From Callorhinchus milii (taxonomy: Eukaryota), in NCBI RefSeq assembly GCF_018977255.1, contig NW_024704742.1:124126001-124190000 (forward strand): 64,000 nucleotides of DNA, given 5' to 3'. The position numbers and the translations under genes were made by a program. Shown piece after piece: positions 26,123-39,502 of the stretch. The first letter of the stretch is position 1. Each line of letters begins with the position of its first letter. The notes under the pieces are model-generated. The model ran no database searches. It had not been told where the DNA came from and worked only from the letters and a program-made list of their open reading frames with translations.

Positions 26123-28401
26123 CTAGAACCATAGAAATTTACCGCACAGAAGGTCACTTGGCCTATCATCTTTGTCTCGGTTCATTTAAAGAGCAATCCT
26201 TTCAGTTCCATTTACTTCCCTTTTCCCCTTACCCCTATGGTTTACGACAGGGAATTCAAGAAGTGTGGTTAAGGCCAGGGCAGTGAAGTAATTTAAGAAA
26301 CAGCTGGGCGGTTAAGAGTTGGTTTACTGGGTCTTCTTCATCTGAACTTAGCTTGGGATCAGTAATCTGTCAAATATTGCGTTATTGTGGCCTAAATAAA
26401 TGTGATAATCTTCTATCTATATTATGATACACACAAAAAAATCCTACATTGGTAAATGTGACAATTTAAAAAAATATCTTAGCTGCTGTAAAAGACAACT
26501 GGAAGGACAACGGTTGGCAGACTTTATACATTGTTGCACGAGCTCTATCAAATTCCATTCACACCAAGGTGTCGATGATGAGACTAGTGTGATTGCAGAA
26601 ATACTGCTGCAAACAAAACACAGTGTTAGAATTGATTCTCAGCATCTCTTCTCTTCCCCAGACCACCCCCCTTCTCAAGCCCCACCCCCACACACACATA
26701 TTCACACACACACACGCAAATCAAATAGTTCTTTGAAGTTCATAAACTTCAAGTTCAAAGAAAAAAAAGACTACCATTTTTGAATTGTTTAACAAAGTTC
26801 AAAAGGTGAAAAACAGGATATTGGAAACACTTAGCTGTGTATGTGTGTGAGAGAGAGGAAGAGAGTAGGGAAGAAAGAATCCTAGAATCTTACAGCACAG
26901 AAGGAGGCCATTTGGCCCATCGTGCCTGTGCTGGCACTTTGTCCCACTACCCGATCTTACCCCATAGCCCTGCAAAATTTTTTTGCACAGAACAACATTT
27001 CTGACAGCTGGTTTGCAGAGAGGAATTGCTTGTTCCAATTAGAATTTGCATTTGAAACCGCATTTTAACATTTTTAAAATAACGTGTATTGTATTTTAAT
27101 GTGATTTTATTCATTTTACTTAAACCTTTATATTCTGTGCTATATATTACATATTACCTTTGATTAAACTATAATTGGAAAATAAAATGAGTGAGATAGC
27201 TGACATTTTCATCTCCTTTATACAAGCCTGAGAAACAAAATCTTGTTTTGCAAACTGTCTGTGCCAGCCCAGTCTGGGATTGTCTTTGGACCTGTAGAAA
27301 ACCTTTGGACCCCAACAGGCTTGTGAGAAGTGATACTGAGCATAACTGATATTTGTATTTGCTTTGGCAGTAATATGGGCTACAGAGGGCATTCGATTAA
27401 TCTGAAACCTGACAAAGCTATATGATTGTGACAGTTTAATGAAAAATCCATAACAAAGTAAACAGAAGCCAAGACTCATGAACTCGCATTGAGATCAGAT
27501 ATTTTGTCTTGATTGTAAAGCAAAACGTTCATCTCATAAACCAAACAGAAATATCAATACCATATAAAACAACTTACATATATATATATATATATATAGG
27601 ACCATAGGTAAGCACAGTGGTAATGTCTAAAAGTGCTTTATAGTGAGTGTTGGGTACCAAACAGGGAAGTTGGAGAAAATATCATAGAGATTGGATTCAT
27701 GGAGATAACTCAGAATACAGTCAGCTAATTGTCTGGATTATCAGAACAATTTATTAATCTATTCAAGGAACCAGAAACCTAGCCTTCAAATCGATATGGA
27801 CCCAGCTTTATTCCCATTTCAAACCTGCAGTTTAAATTGTGATGAAATTTTAAACATACTAACTCACGTTACATAAATGAATATAATAGAATCCCATGGT
27901 TGCAGAATCTATTCATATATGAAGGGTGAGATAGTGTTGTTAGATTAAACAGACAGTCAATGGGAAGGAACAGATTAAGGGATTGTGAAAGTGGTATTAG
28001 CACTCATGATTTTATAAAATGGGGGAGCAGGTTTGATGGGCAGAATGGCCTACTTTTGATTCTATGTCCCATGTTGAGAGCTCCACACACAATTACTGCA
28101 CAGATCAAGAGAACCTTGGCAGTCATGCTGTGAGCATTACAGAGCAGAAAGCAGGTTTGGTGGATGGAAATCAAAACTAGAACACATTGCAGTGAGAAAC
28201 CATATCATTGACTGGGAGAGTGCTGTTCAACACAAGCAAAGAGATTCAATTGGATGTTCCATGATTCTGGGATCAGGAAATGAAACATTGATCAGCGATA
28301 ACATTTGTAATACCAGAACAATTAGTCTTTTTCTACAAGAAAAATAAACATATCAGGAGAAAGGAGACAGAAATTGATAAGGATCAAAAAATCAGTGAAA
28401 C

Positions 28402-28870
28402 TTTTTTTAGTCAGCCAGGTGTCTGACATATACAGAAACCCATCACTATGCTTAAGCGTATCTAGACTTAGATTTGCATGTATGTCTGCCATCTACATAT
28501 GGAAATCTTCCTGTGTCTGGAATGAAAGGTGCACTTTCTCCCTGGAGAGACACACCCTGCTTACCTAATTCCAGAGTAATAAGTGCAGTTTGGTGAGAGC
28601 CAAGGGTTGGGGATACCAGAGTATGTGTTGGGATACTGCTGCAATTTTAACCAGCTAAAATCACATAACTTATCATTGAGAGAACTGTCTGGCAAGCTTC
28701 CCGCTGCTTGATGAGCGAGGACCATACTTCTGGTTTGGGCTTTGCCTTGCAGGGGTTAACAGGAGCTGAGTGGGGATTAAACACTTTTCACAGTAACTGG
28801 TTTGCCCCTCCAAATACTACCAACAAGGCAGATTGGGCAGTCTGTCAGCAGCAGTGCCCTGGAATGTACC
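28402..28870 (-). mobile_element. 3' end of the RTE-like LINE
   Basis: tttttttagtcagccaggtgtctgacatatac...; a ~120-bp copy also lies at 19198-19318. Confidence 0.8.
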
Positions 28871-29754
28871 CTTTTCCCCCTGTAAGGACCTAATAACCCA
28901 AGAGTGATAGATAGAATGTGCTTTTCACATTTCTGTAATTGGTGTGACAGTGTGACAGGCAAGTCCATAGTAGAAACTTAATTCTGGATAACCATACACC
29001 ACACCCAAAGGTAGATGTCTTCTCAAATATTGTTTATTATAAATTTTAATGTTTAGATGTTTGTAATTTCAATCCAAGACTAAATTTTAATCTAAGGCCA
29101 AATACAAGTGATTTAGTGTGACCCAAAGGTTAATGTCTCAACCATTCACACATTGTGCTAATCTTCCGCAAGCTTTTTTTAAAAAAAACAGTGCATTCTA
29201 TTATTATTATTATTTGATATTATTTCCTGCTGGAGTTCACATTCCAGGATAGAATTCTGGACCACTTCAAAGTAACATGCAGCTAAATTCCTACATCCAA
29301 GTTTACCTCATCCTGTTTCCAGGCCATTTTAAATGTTCGATCTGAACCTAAGAATACACCATATCCTGCCTCTATGCTGCTGTATCTGTCAGGAACTGAA
29401 TAATAGGTGGACAGATGCACCACAGATGGATTCATTCATTGGTCAGACAGCACCAATATGAAACTTACATCAAATGTTACTCTAATACCTATGGATGGTC
29501 ATTTTATAACAGTTTACCATCAATTTGAATACATAGAGCTAGAAAAGTCGATAATCTGGCTATTTTAAATGAATTAACTTTAAGAAATGAAAAACACAGC
29601 AACAGCAATACTAGGGAGGTGCTACATGTTTAACTATTTCAGTTTACAAAAGGGAAACATGCAATATTTTGAAAAATGATTCACTTGTGCATACTTGGAG
29701 GTTTTTCCATTAAATATATATTTGTTCCAAAAATATCACTTCCCTTGATAAATG

Positions 29755-30125
29755 TACAACAACAACTTGAATTTACATTGCGCCCTCCACGCCGGACGGC
29801 GTCTCAGAGCGCTTCACAGTAATGGATCCCGGGGCCGCGCCAGGAGGAGGGGGAGGAAGGTGACCAAAGGCATGGTCGAAAAGAAAGGTCTTCAGCCGAG
29901 ACCTGAAAATAGGAAGAGAGGGCCGAGGTGAAGGGAGTGAGGAAGGGAGTTCCAGAGCCTCGGGGCATAGTGGCTGAAGGCACAGCTGCCGATGGAGGAG
30001 CAGAGAACTCGGCAGAGTGAAGGCAATGGGCACTGTTGTGAGGAGAGAGGTCAGAGTGGTAGGGGCGTACAGAGGAGTGGAGGAATTTAAAGACAAGGGT
30101 GAGGATCTTGAAATCGATCTTGAAG
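29755..30125 (-). mobile_element. L2 LINE 3' end
   Basis: FRSRLKTFLFD motif and a (TTG)n tail. Confidence 0.85.
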
Positions 30126-30424
30126 TACCATCAATAACCAGCAGCAGAATAGAAACCAGAAAGAAATAAACCTATTAGAAAACTTAACAGTTCTATTGAA
30201 GAACTTATTACAAGAAAAGTGAAGTTAGTTAGGCTTTTGTGGTATTAACCTGTGCATCAGCCACTTAAAGAACATAAGAATTTGTGAGGTGAAAGAAGAC
30301 CAAGGTCCATCCAGTTCGCTTTCCACCATCCTGGCAGTCGCTTGTCATGCATGTCCCTAAAGGTACATCTTCCCTTGATGCTTCAACAACTTTATCAATG
30401 AATTAATGAGACATAATTGAGAAG

Positions 30425-30665
30425 GAGAGCTTGATAAGAGTATTCACATTGGCTGATAACTGGCAAATGAAGTTTACTGCAGATAAATGCAAAGTACTAC
30501 ATGCATGATGCAAGAATGGGAAACACAAATAGTTCATGGATGGGATAGAACTTGCCAAGGGGTATCTAAAGAGATCTAGGCGTGTTAGCTGACTCACATC
30601 ACTCACTGTCAAAATAGTGTGAGGCACCAATAAACAATGCAGACAGGACGTGGGCTATACGGTGT
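30425..30665 (+). mobile_element. Old CR1 RT fragment
   Basis: Decayed WADNWQMKFTADKCKVLH motif. Confidence 0.6.
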
Positions 30666-33600
30666 TGCTAAATCAGTTGAGTTGAGGTCCCCAGACTTCG
30701 TACTCATACAATTCAAGACAGACGAATAGCCTGAAAAACTCATTCTCAAGCCTCATACTTGAAGAAGTGCTAGTTGGGTGAGGCATCATTGAACAACTGT
30801 TGCCTGCAGTAAAGAAAAAAAATGAGAGAAAGACAGGGAAAAAATAGGCAAGGGAAAACATAATAAAATCAGTCAATACTTCCACTACACAATCTATCCT
30901 GCTAGCATAAGAGGCTATATTTAACTATATGAGAACACAAGCAAGAGGATGCAAGTACATTGCAGCATTAATGATTTTGTTATTGTGATTTACAAAAAAT
31001 ATATACTATCACATAATCCAGAAAGGTTCAGTCTACACCAGGGTTCTCTGGTTGGCAGCAAGCCAAAAGCTGAGTAACATTCAATTTTTTCTGTCTGCAA
31101 GTCTGCTAAAAAATTAAGTGGGTGAGGACATTTATTTTTTTACTGGCGAAGCAATGTAAAGTATTGATTGCTTAACAGCAAATGCAATATGTCTCCTGAA
31201 CTCTCAGGCCTGGTACTACACAAATATGTTGAAGTAATACAATGGCAGATGAGACATTTAAGTCATCTTAGAAGGCAAAACAAAGCCTCTTAATTTGATA
31301 AGATGTTGTTTGCTCACCAATTATGGTGAAGATTTCCGAAAACAAATGTGTTCAGCTGTTTTCTGAACATCACAGTATAACATAAGTTGATTCAGAGCAA
31401 TACATATTTTTGTCATAAATCGTAACCCATTAGCCAAAGATTTATGTTTACCCACTTCAAGATGTCATTGATTTTTCATATAATAATGTAATAATCCCTT
31501 CAAAAAAATATAAAATAATTGGTTACTCAGTCCACGACTGTTTGTGGGACACTGCTGTGTGCAATTGGTGGCCATGTTTTGACCACAAAATATACAGTCA
31601 ATTCTCTTTACAGTATAGTCTGCAAAGTATTTTTAGATTTCTCAAAGACATGATAAGGCGATATATCAAATGCAAGGATTATTATTATTTGAATAAAAGT
31701 GCAATTTTTTGATAGTTAATATTAAGGGTAAGACACAACCATTAAAATAAATAAATCTAAATAATCCTGTTAATAAATCAGCCATTATAGAATGCTGTTC
31801 AGGCCATATTTTCATAAGAATCAAATAATAGCAACAATATGTTTTGGTACAAATTGTTTCTTGATATATTTCAAATGCAGCCCACACAATTTAACACTAT
31901 ATGAAAAATCTTGACACTTGGCCAACAACTAACACCCAATGATATTAATAACTCCACTGCTAGGGAACTGAAAGGAAATTATCTTAAAATTCTCAGCATT
32001 TACTTTCTAAATTACTTATATTAAAAACTTTTTAAATATTTTTCTTCCGGTGCCCTAGGGAAGGGTAACTGCTTCCATTGCTACAAGTGGCCCAGCATGT
32101 AAAAGGTACATCTCATTCCCTCCCACTTGCAAATACCTATCTGACAGCAACACAGATCAGGAACGTACGACTTGCATGTAAACATGAGCCTGTGCTGACA
32201 CAAACATTGAAGCACAAATGCGCTGCACCCTTGGGTCATCTGTTTAGAACTGAGTTTTCTTTCTTCCCCAAATCATTCCATTTATGACAACTTTACACAA
32301 ACTACAGTGCAGAAGTCCAACCGAGAATCATTGAAGCTCCAATCTTCAAAGCATAATTAAAATAGTTTGGGACACTACAGGCTGGATGAATTTCCAAAGC
32401 TCTTCTTTATGAACATTATGGCTGGGTATACAATAGCCTCACTGCAAAGAAGTGTGGAGCAAAACAAGTAACCCTTGGTGGTGAGTGCGTGTGATTATAT
32501 ATATATATTATATATATATGTGCTATAAAGGCATTTCAAGGAACCTTGGATTAATGCCATACAAAAGGCTTGAAACGAAAGACTTGTCACTGCAAACCTC
32601 CCTCAAAAACACCAGATGTAACAACACAGAGAGCAGTCAGGAGGATGGCAATAGTTGAAATTGTCCCAGCAGACACCACACAAGCCATAGTGTTATCGGA
32701 AAGTTAACCTAAAGAGCAAATAAATTATTCTTCCAAGACGTCACAAGACATCATCAGCACTTATCACATTACTAACAGCTGAATAAAAAATTGGTAGTAA
32801 AAGCTACAAATAATGCTAAATAGTTTTTAAAGTCAATTATGGTCTTATGTTGAATCTGCATGAGATTCCCATGTGACAACATGAATCAAGTTTTATTTTT
32901 AAATGTGGTTTTATTTCTCTAGGGGACTAGATCGATCGATACGTAAACAAGACAAATGTTAAAATGATTATTAAAAGTGGAGAAAAGAAATCAATGAGCC
33001 AAATGACTGGCTTCTGTGGTGTAAAAATATACAATTCTAATTTTCTACTTCCTGATATTATCTTTCACCCAAGCAGAGGCCTCAATCTTCTTCAGATGGA
33101 AGGAAAGAAAACTGAAGAGAAAATGATCTAGGGTGCTCTTGTGCATTTCCTAGCAGCTGGTTTCAGAGCAGAATTAGTAGAATCCAGAGCTGGCTGGTTC
33201 GCCTCTCAGTCATAGTGCAATGTCCCCAAGGAAGATAGGGATGGCGGGGAGTAAATCTTTTTAAAGCTCAATTGCAACAAATCAGGTATTCCACTCAGCT
33301 ACCCACATTCAAACGGTAGCCTGGTCATCTACTGCATTCTTTTGCAACGTTTCTTAAAAAAAATCTGGCAGTGTTGGGGCTAGAACTAAAATCCACATTA
33401 ATGTGTTACAATTTTAACAAAGCTAACTCAATGCTCTATCATCTTTCCTCAACTCCACCCATCTCTGAGCAAGTCAATTTGCAGAGCAATGTTTAAATAA
33501 TACATCAATGAGAATACCCAGTACTATTTTCTAGTTGCACACATTTACATTACAGCGAATACTGGCTAAGAGACTGTCTTAAAGGGCATGTGTTTTATAG

Positions 33601-36100
33601 GAGAGCATTTTCTGAGAAAAAATATCCAGTTCAATGAGATCGACCAAGCTAGCGAGTGGCACATATTTCTGAGAAATTTGATTCAAAAAATTGCAAGACA
33701 TTTGATTGAAAATTGCCAAATGGTATTAAATAATAAAGAGCATGTCCTTTAAATTACAGCAGGAAAATTACTGAAGTATAATTGTTGCCAGACATTGAAA
33801 GCATCATTCTATGGTGTGGCAGCAAACATTACACAAAAAAGAATGTGAAGGTTCAAGTACAGCTCTGGAATACAAGGCTTAAGGACAGAATAGTGGCCTC
33901 TACAGTCACATTATATTTGAAGCATTCTGTGCTGCCTTAAGTGCAAAGCATGATACAATAATGAGCAACAGAAGAATCGTATTGAGTATCAAATCAATAA
34001 ACAATGAAGAATGTTGCAGAATATTATAACTGTATACCCAATTACTGTATTGTAGTTTCCATAGCTCTGAATTAGCTGAACAAGTGATTGAAAGTAAATG
34101 AAATCTTGTTGTTGTTGTTGAAAGAGCAATGAGAACTTGTGGAGTTGAAAAGCAATGGCCAGACATCAATGATCTTGTGAACATTTGCAAACACGAGCAA
34201 TTAAAAACACGTTTTATACAACTAGACCTGTTGAGACAATGTATCTTCTTAATCTGTTAAACATTAGATACAGGACAATGGTCCAATGACTGACCTACTT
34301 GCCCTATTTGGTTTTATGTGAAAATAGCTTTTAAAATTATTTCCAAGCTTTTCACAGTTGCACCTGAGGCAGAAGAATTCCAACAAATAAGTGCACGTAA
34401 TCTTGTGCCTTGACAAGCTTCACAAAGATTTGCTATGGCCATTCTTTACAGAAAATACCCTCAAGCAATGAATGCTTTAAACAATGCTCCATTTAGAAGA
34501 CATTCTTCAATTTTAAAGCATTGCCAAGAAGTGTTGGCAAAAATAATTGTACTGTAATAGTTGAAGAAGCTAAACTGAAAAGAACAGAATGTATCTAACA
34601 TCAATATGCTTTAAAGGACATAGTCCCTCATGTTATTCTCCCTTCTCTTCTCGAATGACCAATTTCCGGATGCTTTATTCTTACATATTTAATAAGAGGA
34701 AAACCAAGTCAGTTGGCTAATGCTTTGTCAAAGTTCAAATCATGCAACACAAGAACTTGAGGGAGGAATGGGGGTTGGGGTGAGAGGACTACAAAACTTT
34801 GGAATCATGCTGGGAATATTCATTGTTTGCCACCTGTTTATTCCAAGTTCTGGAAGGTGGGAGAAACCTATGCCAGAATTAAATTCCACATTTTGAAAGT
34901 AGATTGGACACTTAGCTTTAAACTACCCCTCCATATACACTAGGAAGCTTTGATTTCTGGGTCTGTGCTGTATAGCTGATCTCAGCTAGTTTTGGTAGTG
35001 CTAGCACAATTGGCCTAATGCCCTCAATTTGGAAGAAATATATCGCTGTTGCCTCAGTTAATCTGGAAGAAAATACAGTATGATCAACAGGAAATAAAGC
35101 ATACATAAAATATCTTCCCCTGTTAAAAAGTATTTTTGTGGCTACAACTATTGAGAAATTTTCAATTGTGACATGAGCTAAGCCAGTACATTAGACAAGA
35201 TTCAGTTTAAGAATTGGAACATCTCCCAGATGAAGAAATGTCTTTTGGATTCAGAGCTCACCAATATTAATGCATGATTCTTCCTTGATTCAGTTTTAGG
35301 GAGCCTACATGTCCTCACCGTCCCTTAGCCCCCATCTTCAACTCCAGTGCCCCACCAGAATTGACAAGCCTGTTGGGACATCCTCCTCAAAGTGAAAGCA
35401 CTATACAAGTGTAAAATTCTATCTGTTATTTGGATGAGACGTTAAACTGAGGTCCTGTCTCCCTGTTCAGTTGGATGTTAAAGATCTCATTGACACTAAT
35501 CAAAAAGAGAAGGGAGTTTCTCCTTGTGTTCTGGGCAGCAATCTCCCAAATAAAATTGGTCAATCGATTCATGGCTATTTGTAGGACATTGTTGTGCTTC
35601 ACAAGCTGCCACATTTCACCCCAAAAATACAGTCAAACTGCCTTATAGTATATCATGCGCAGTGTTTTGAGGCATCTCAATGACATGATGAGGCGCTATA
35701 TCACATGCAAGGATTATTTATTTTATTGTAAGTCCCTTCTAGACTTTGTGCTTGTGAATGATCGCAAATAGAGTGCAAGCACACAACCAAATTTTAGTGT
35801 ACAACTATAGAAGGCCAAATTTCAGGATGCAAGGGCTGAGCTTAATAAAGGACTAGAAGACATTCTTCCCCCAAAAAATTACATGCAATAAACAGGCAAG
35901 AATTATACCTGGTAATTAGAGACCAGTTGGTTCGAGTGGTTATCCTCTTATGCTGGGTGAGGAAGTCAACTTGGATTGATAATTGCTGAGTTGAATCAGC
36001 TTCACATGCCAATGGTAAACAGCAAAGAAAGGCATGCCACATGCCAGTCATTATGGCTTCTACATTTTAAAGCAGGAATCTGGTACAGGCTGCGGCAATC

Positions 36101-36208
36101 AGTATCAGTCTGATGTAAGTAGCTATACAGTAATTACCATCTTATTGATATTGAAGTATCAGTCTGATGTAAGTAGCTATACAGTAATTACCATCTTATT
36201 GATATTGA
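36101..36208. repeat. Perfect tandem duplication, 2 x 54 bp
   Basis: agtatcagtctgatgtaagtagctatacagtaattaccatcttattgatattga occurs twice. Confidence 0.95.
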
Positions 36209-36379
36209 AGACATCTCAATTCAACATTGCAATAAAAAGAGCCATTGAATAAGTACTGCAATGTGTTGGGAAACTCACCTGACAATTCAAGGTACTAAGT
36301 TTTTAAAAGGGTCAGTATATTTGGGCAATATTTCCAAGTAAATGATAGCAATGTCTTTTATAGATGGAAGAAAAGGAAC

Positions 36380-38606
36380 ACCTGGATGTGTCATTTATAT
36401 TTCTGGACTGAAAGTTTCCATGTAGAAGCCCATGTATTGCAAGTCAAAGACAATTTTGTAATATTGTATAAACAGTGCTCAGTTATAAAAAGTTATAACC
36501 TCAAACTACTCAAACGAAGAAAGAAAATGACTACTCAATTCAATGTTATTTTTTTAATATATATATATTTACACAATGACATTCAAATGAAGTAGTTTTT
36601 CCTCTATGCAGATAGGTTTGTATAAGGAACACTTTCACAGAAAGTCTGACATGTTGAGAATCTTTTGGATGAATATTCAGTAATTTTATTTCATATTATC
36701 AAACAGTTGCAGTGAGAAACCATAATTTCAGGTAGTATGAAAAAGCTGTAAACAATTTTACATCTTTGTGGTTTCCCACAAATATCTCCATAAAGACACT
36801 TTTATGGCTATTTACGTTACTGCAAAAAAACTATTACATTTACTGACAGAGTCACTAAACAATGTGCAGTTGTTCCTTCTGCAGGTTAAAAAATAAATCA
36901 AGCCATTTGCTTTTTTAAAAAAAAAGAAAGTCAACAGTACTTTAATAATTGTGTAACCAATGCACAATATAAGACTTCTGCCAAATTAAATGTTTTATAT
37001 TTTAGTTAATCAAAAGGTCTTTATGGGCTGTGCAACTGAAGGTGTATGGTGTGCTACATTGAAAATCTTCTGTGGAAATGAAAGGTGAAAGTGGAAATCT
37101 TTGAAAAGGGAAAAAACATCACTTCTTTGGTCATTATTTAGTAGGGACTGCTATTGACAATAATTCCTTTTGTCAGTGACTGCATTCAAATGCTTCTCAC
37201 ACAAAGGATCATGTTAAACTCCCACAAGCAACACAATGTAATCGCGAGTATGCATAATTCATTGTCAGGGCATTTCTTACAGATTGGTGCTTTTCAGATG
37301 ATGATAGTGGTGTTCCAGGGTGGGGTGAGGAGTGGCAGGGAGAGAAAAAGACGACAATGCCAATAAATAAGTGTTGAATTTAGATACCTTATTTGTCAAA
37401 CATAGCCTTCAACTGTAGCTAGGCCACATTACACCAGGAATCAACTTTTTTTGGTGGGGGGGGAGGCTTTTCAGTCTATTTTCTTGGAAGCTGTAATCAT
37501 TAGAAAATGGAAATAAGAAAGGAGACAAGCGATTAAGATATTTTCCATTATGAATTTAAATTTGTATTGAAAGTTTCCTTTAGTACAAGGTCAGGCTCAA
37601 CAATTTTTGTTAACCCAAATTTGCAAAAATTACCAAAACAGTTGCTCCCATTACTTTATAACATTTCAGATTACATTTTTCAGGCGGTGGGGGGGGGGGG
37701 GAGAGAGAGGAAATACATCATCTTTCAGTCCTCATTTTGACAGAAGCCATCTAGAGGCTTTCATTAACAGTGGATATTGGATCCTAAACCTACAGATTGT
37801 TTCTACCTGTGCAACTGTGATATTTTGAAATAAATAATAGTATCTCCTACTTTCCTGAGAAAAATATAGTTCCATTAGTATTTCCTGTGATTACAGCCAG
37901 CACAGAGACATATGGACTTCTTTCTCCAGTAAGTCAAAGGTCAGGATCATTTTTCTTAACATCCTGATGCAATTCTGCAGAGGAAACTCACATTACAAGT
38001 GACACATCCCATTATTTCTTTAACACAAGCTTTTAATCAACTACAAAGGACAAACAGTGACTCAAAAGGCACATGAGTAACATAGCTGCTCTAGCTGGAG
38101 TCTGTAAACAAAGTTTGTCTTTGGGTTTTGATTGATTAGAGAACAGACCCAAAGTCTGTGCATTTCCTCAGCAGTTAGAACAGGCTTAGAATAGGCCAGG
38201 CCATATACAATACACAGTAAACCCATCTATCCTGCTTCAGGATCATTCCGAGGATTCCTGGGTTGAAGTAGTATACCCCAGGTAACTTCTTGTTAAATAA
38301 AGCAAAAAGGCAGATAGCATACACATACTATATTTTGCAAAACAAAGTTAGTATGGTAGTGTAAGCAAACAGTACATAATATTAGTAAACAACCTTTGTC
38401 CAGGCCCTCCCATACACAAATTTTGGAGTAAATTTGCCATGTAACAGTCGGTATTTTTTTAAAAAAAAACTGTACAACAGATTTTGATTGTGTTGGTAGG
38501 TTACCAAAAGTAGGAAGTCTGCATGATCTTGATCTGCTAAGGGCCTGGTGACCATCTGCATGTTTTGGATGTGAAAGGCCACAGTGTAAGGTCAAAGTCA
38601 CAGAGG
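36380..38606 (-). other. SNX18: Probable SNX18 3' UTR (end uncertain)
   Basis: Repeat-free, AU-rich sequence after the stop. Candidate poly(A) signals on the minus strand: AATAAA at 36690-36685, ATTAAA near 36555, and a TATAAA variant near 36395. Confidence 0.55.
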
Positions 38607-38860
38607 TTAGACTCCATCATACTTCTGCAAGGCCTCCTCTAACTTCTCAGTCACCTTCTGGTAAAACTGGATCTGTTGCTGAAGAAACTGTTGCATCTGT
38701 GCCTTGAAGTCCGAGACACGGATTTGATGAAAATGGTGAATCTCTGCCAATGTGGCAAATGAAATAGTGTCACAGCGTTCCCGGACCCCACCGGACTGAT
38801 TCAGTTCTATCTTGCCTTCTTCTACATGCCGTTGGCTCTCCTTTACTTTGGTCAGAGCAC
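38607..38860 (-). CDS. SNX18: Sorting nexin-18, coding exon 2 (C-terminal BAR helix)
   Basis: Acceptor tttgtggcAG at 38862-38861. The phase-1 join restores G-ALTKVKESQRHVEEGK...ISFATLAEIHHFHQIRV...KLEEALQKYDGV*, matching the SNX18 C-terminus, with TAA at 38609-38607. The exons total 1603+254 = 1857 nt, i.e. 618 aa. Confidence 0.96.
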
Positions 38861-39502
38861 CTGCCACAAATATAAAGCAGTCAGTTAGTCAGAAGAACTC
38901 ACATGGAGTACAAGTTGCTCACCAAAATCCAATTATTACTAAAGTGCCTATATATTAGGTATAATAATTCTTACATTGGATAAGTCTTTCACATTGAGAG
39001 GATGTCCCTAAGTGCTTCACAGGATTTTCTGTAAAGTGTTACGACTGTCAGCGATTTTATCAAAACTTAATTATGAAAGATTTGGGTTTATATTTATAAA
39101 GAAACTACTTGTTACAAATGGAAAGAATCATTTGGATAAAAATAGACCAAAATAAACTTCAACCCTTTGTTGATAGAATCTCTCTTCACTTTTTCAAACA
39201 GTGGAATATTTCACACCCATCTGAACAGGCAGACAGAACCTCAGTTTACCAACTCATCCAAAGGACGGCACCTCCAACAATGCAGCGCTCCCCCATCAAT
39301 GTATTGGAGTGTCAACCTAGTCTCGGAATTGAAAGACCGGCATGGGCCTTGAACCCACAAACCTTCTTACTTAAGAGGGAAAAGTTCTTTGAACTGAGCC
39401 AGGCTGAAAGTAGTGGCTAAACTGTGTTTGCAAGTGCAATTTTGCACTGAAAGACAGCTGCAGTGATCGGGACCCAACATCTACACCTTTATTTCCCTCT
39501 TA

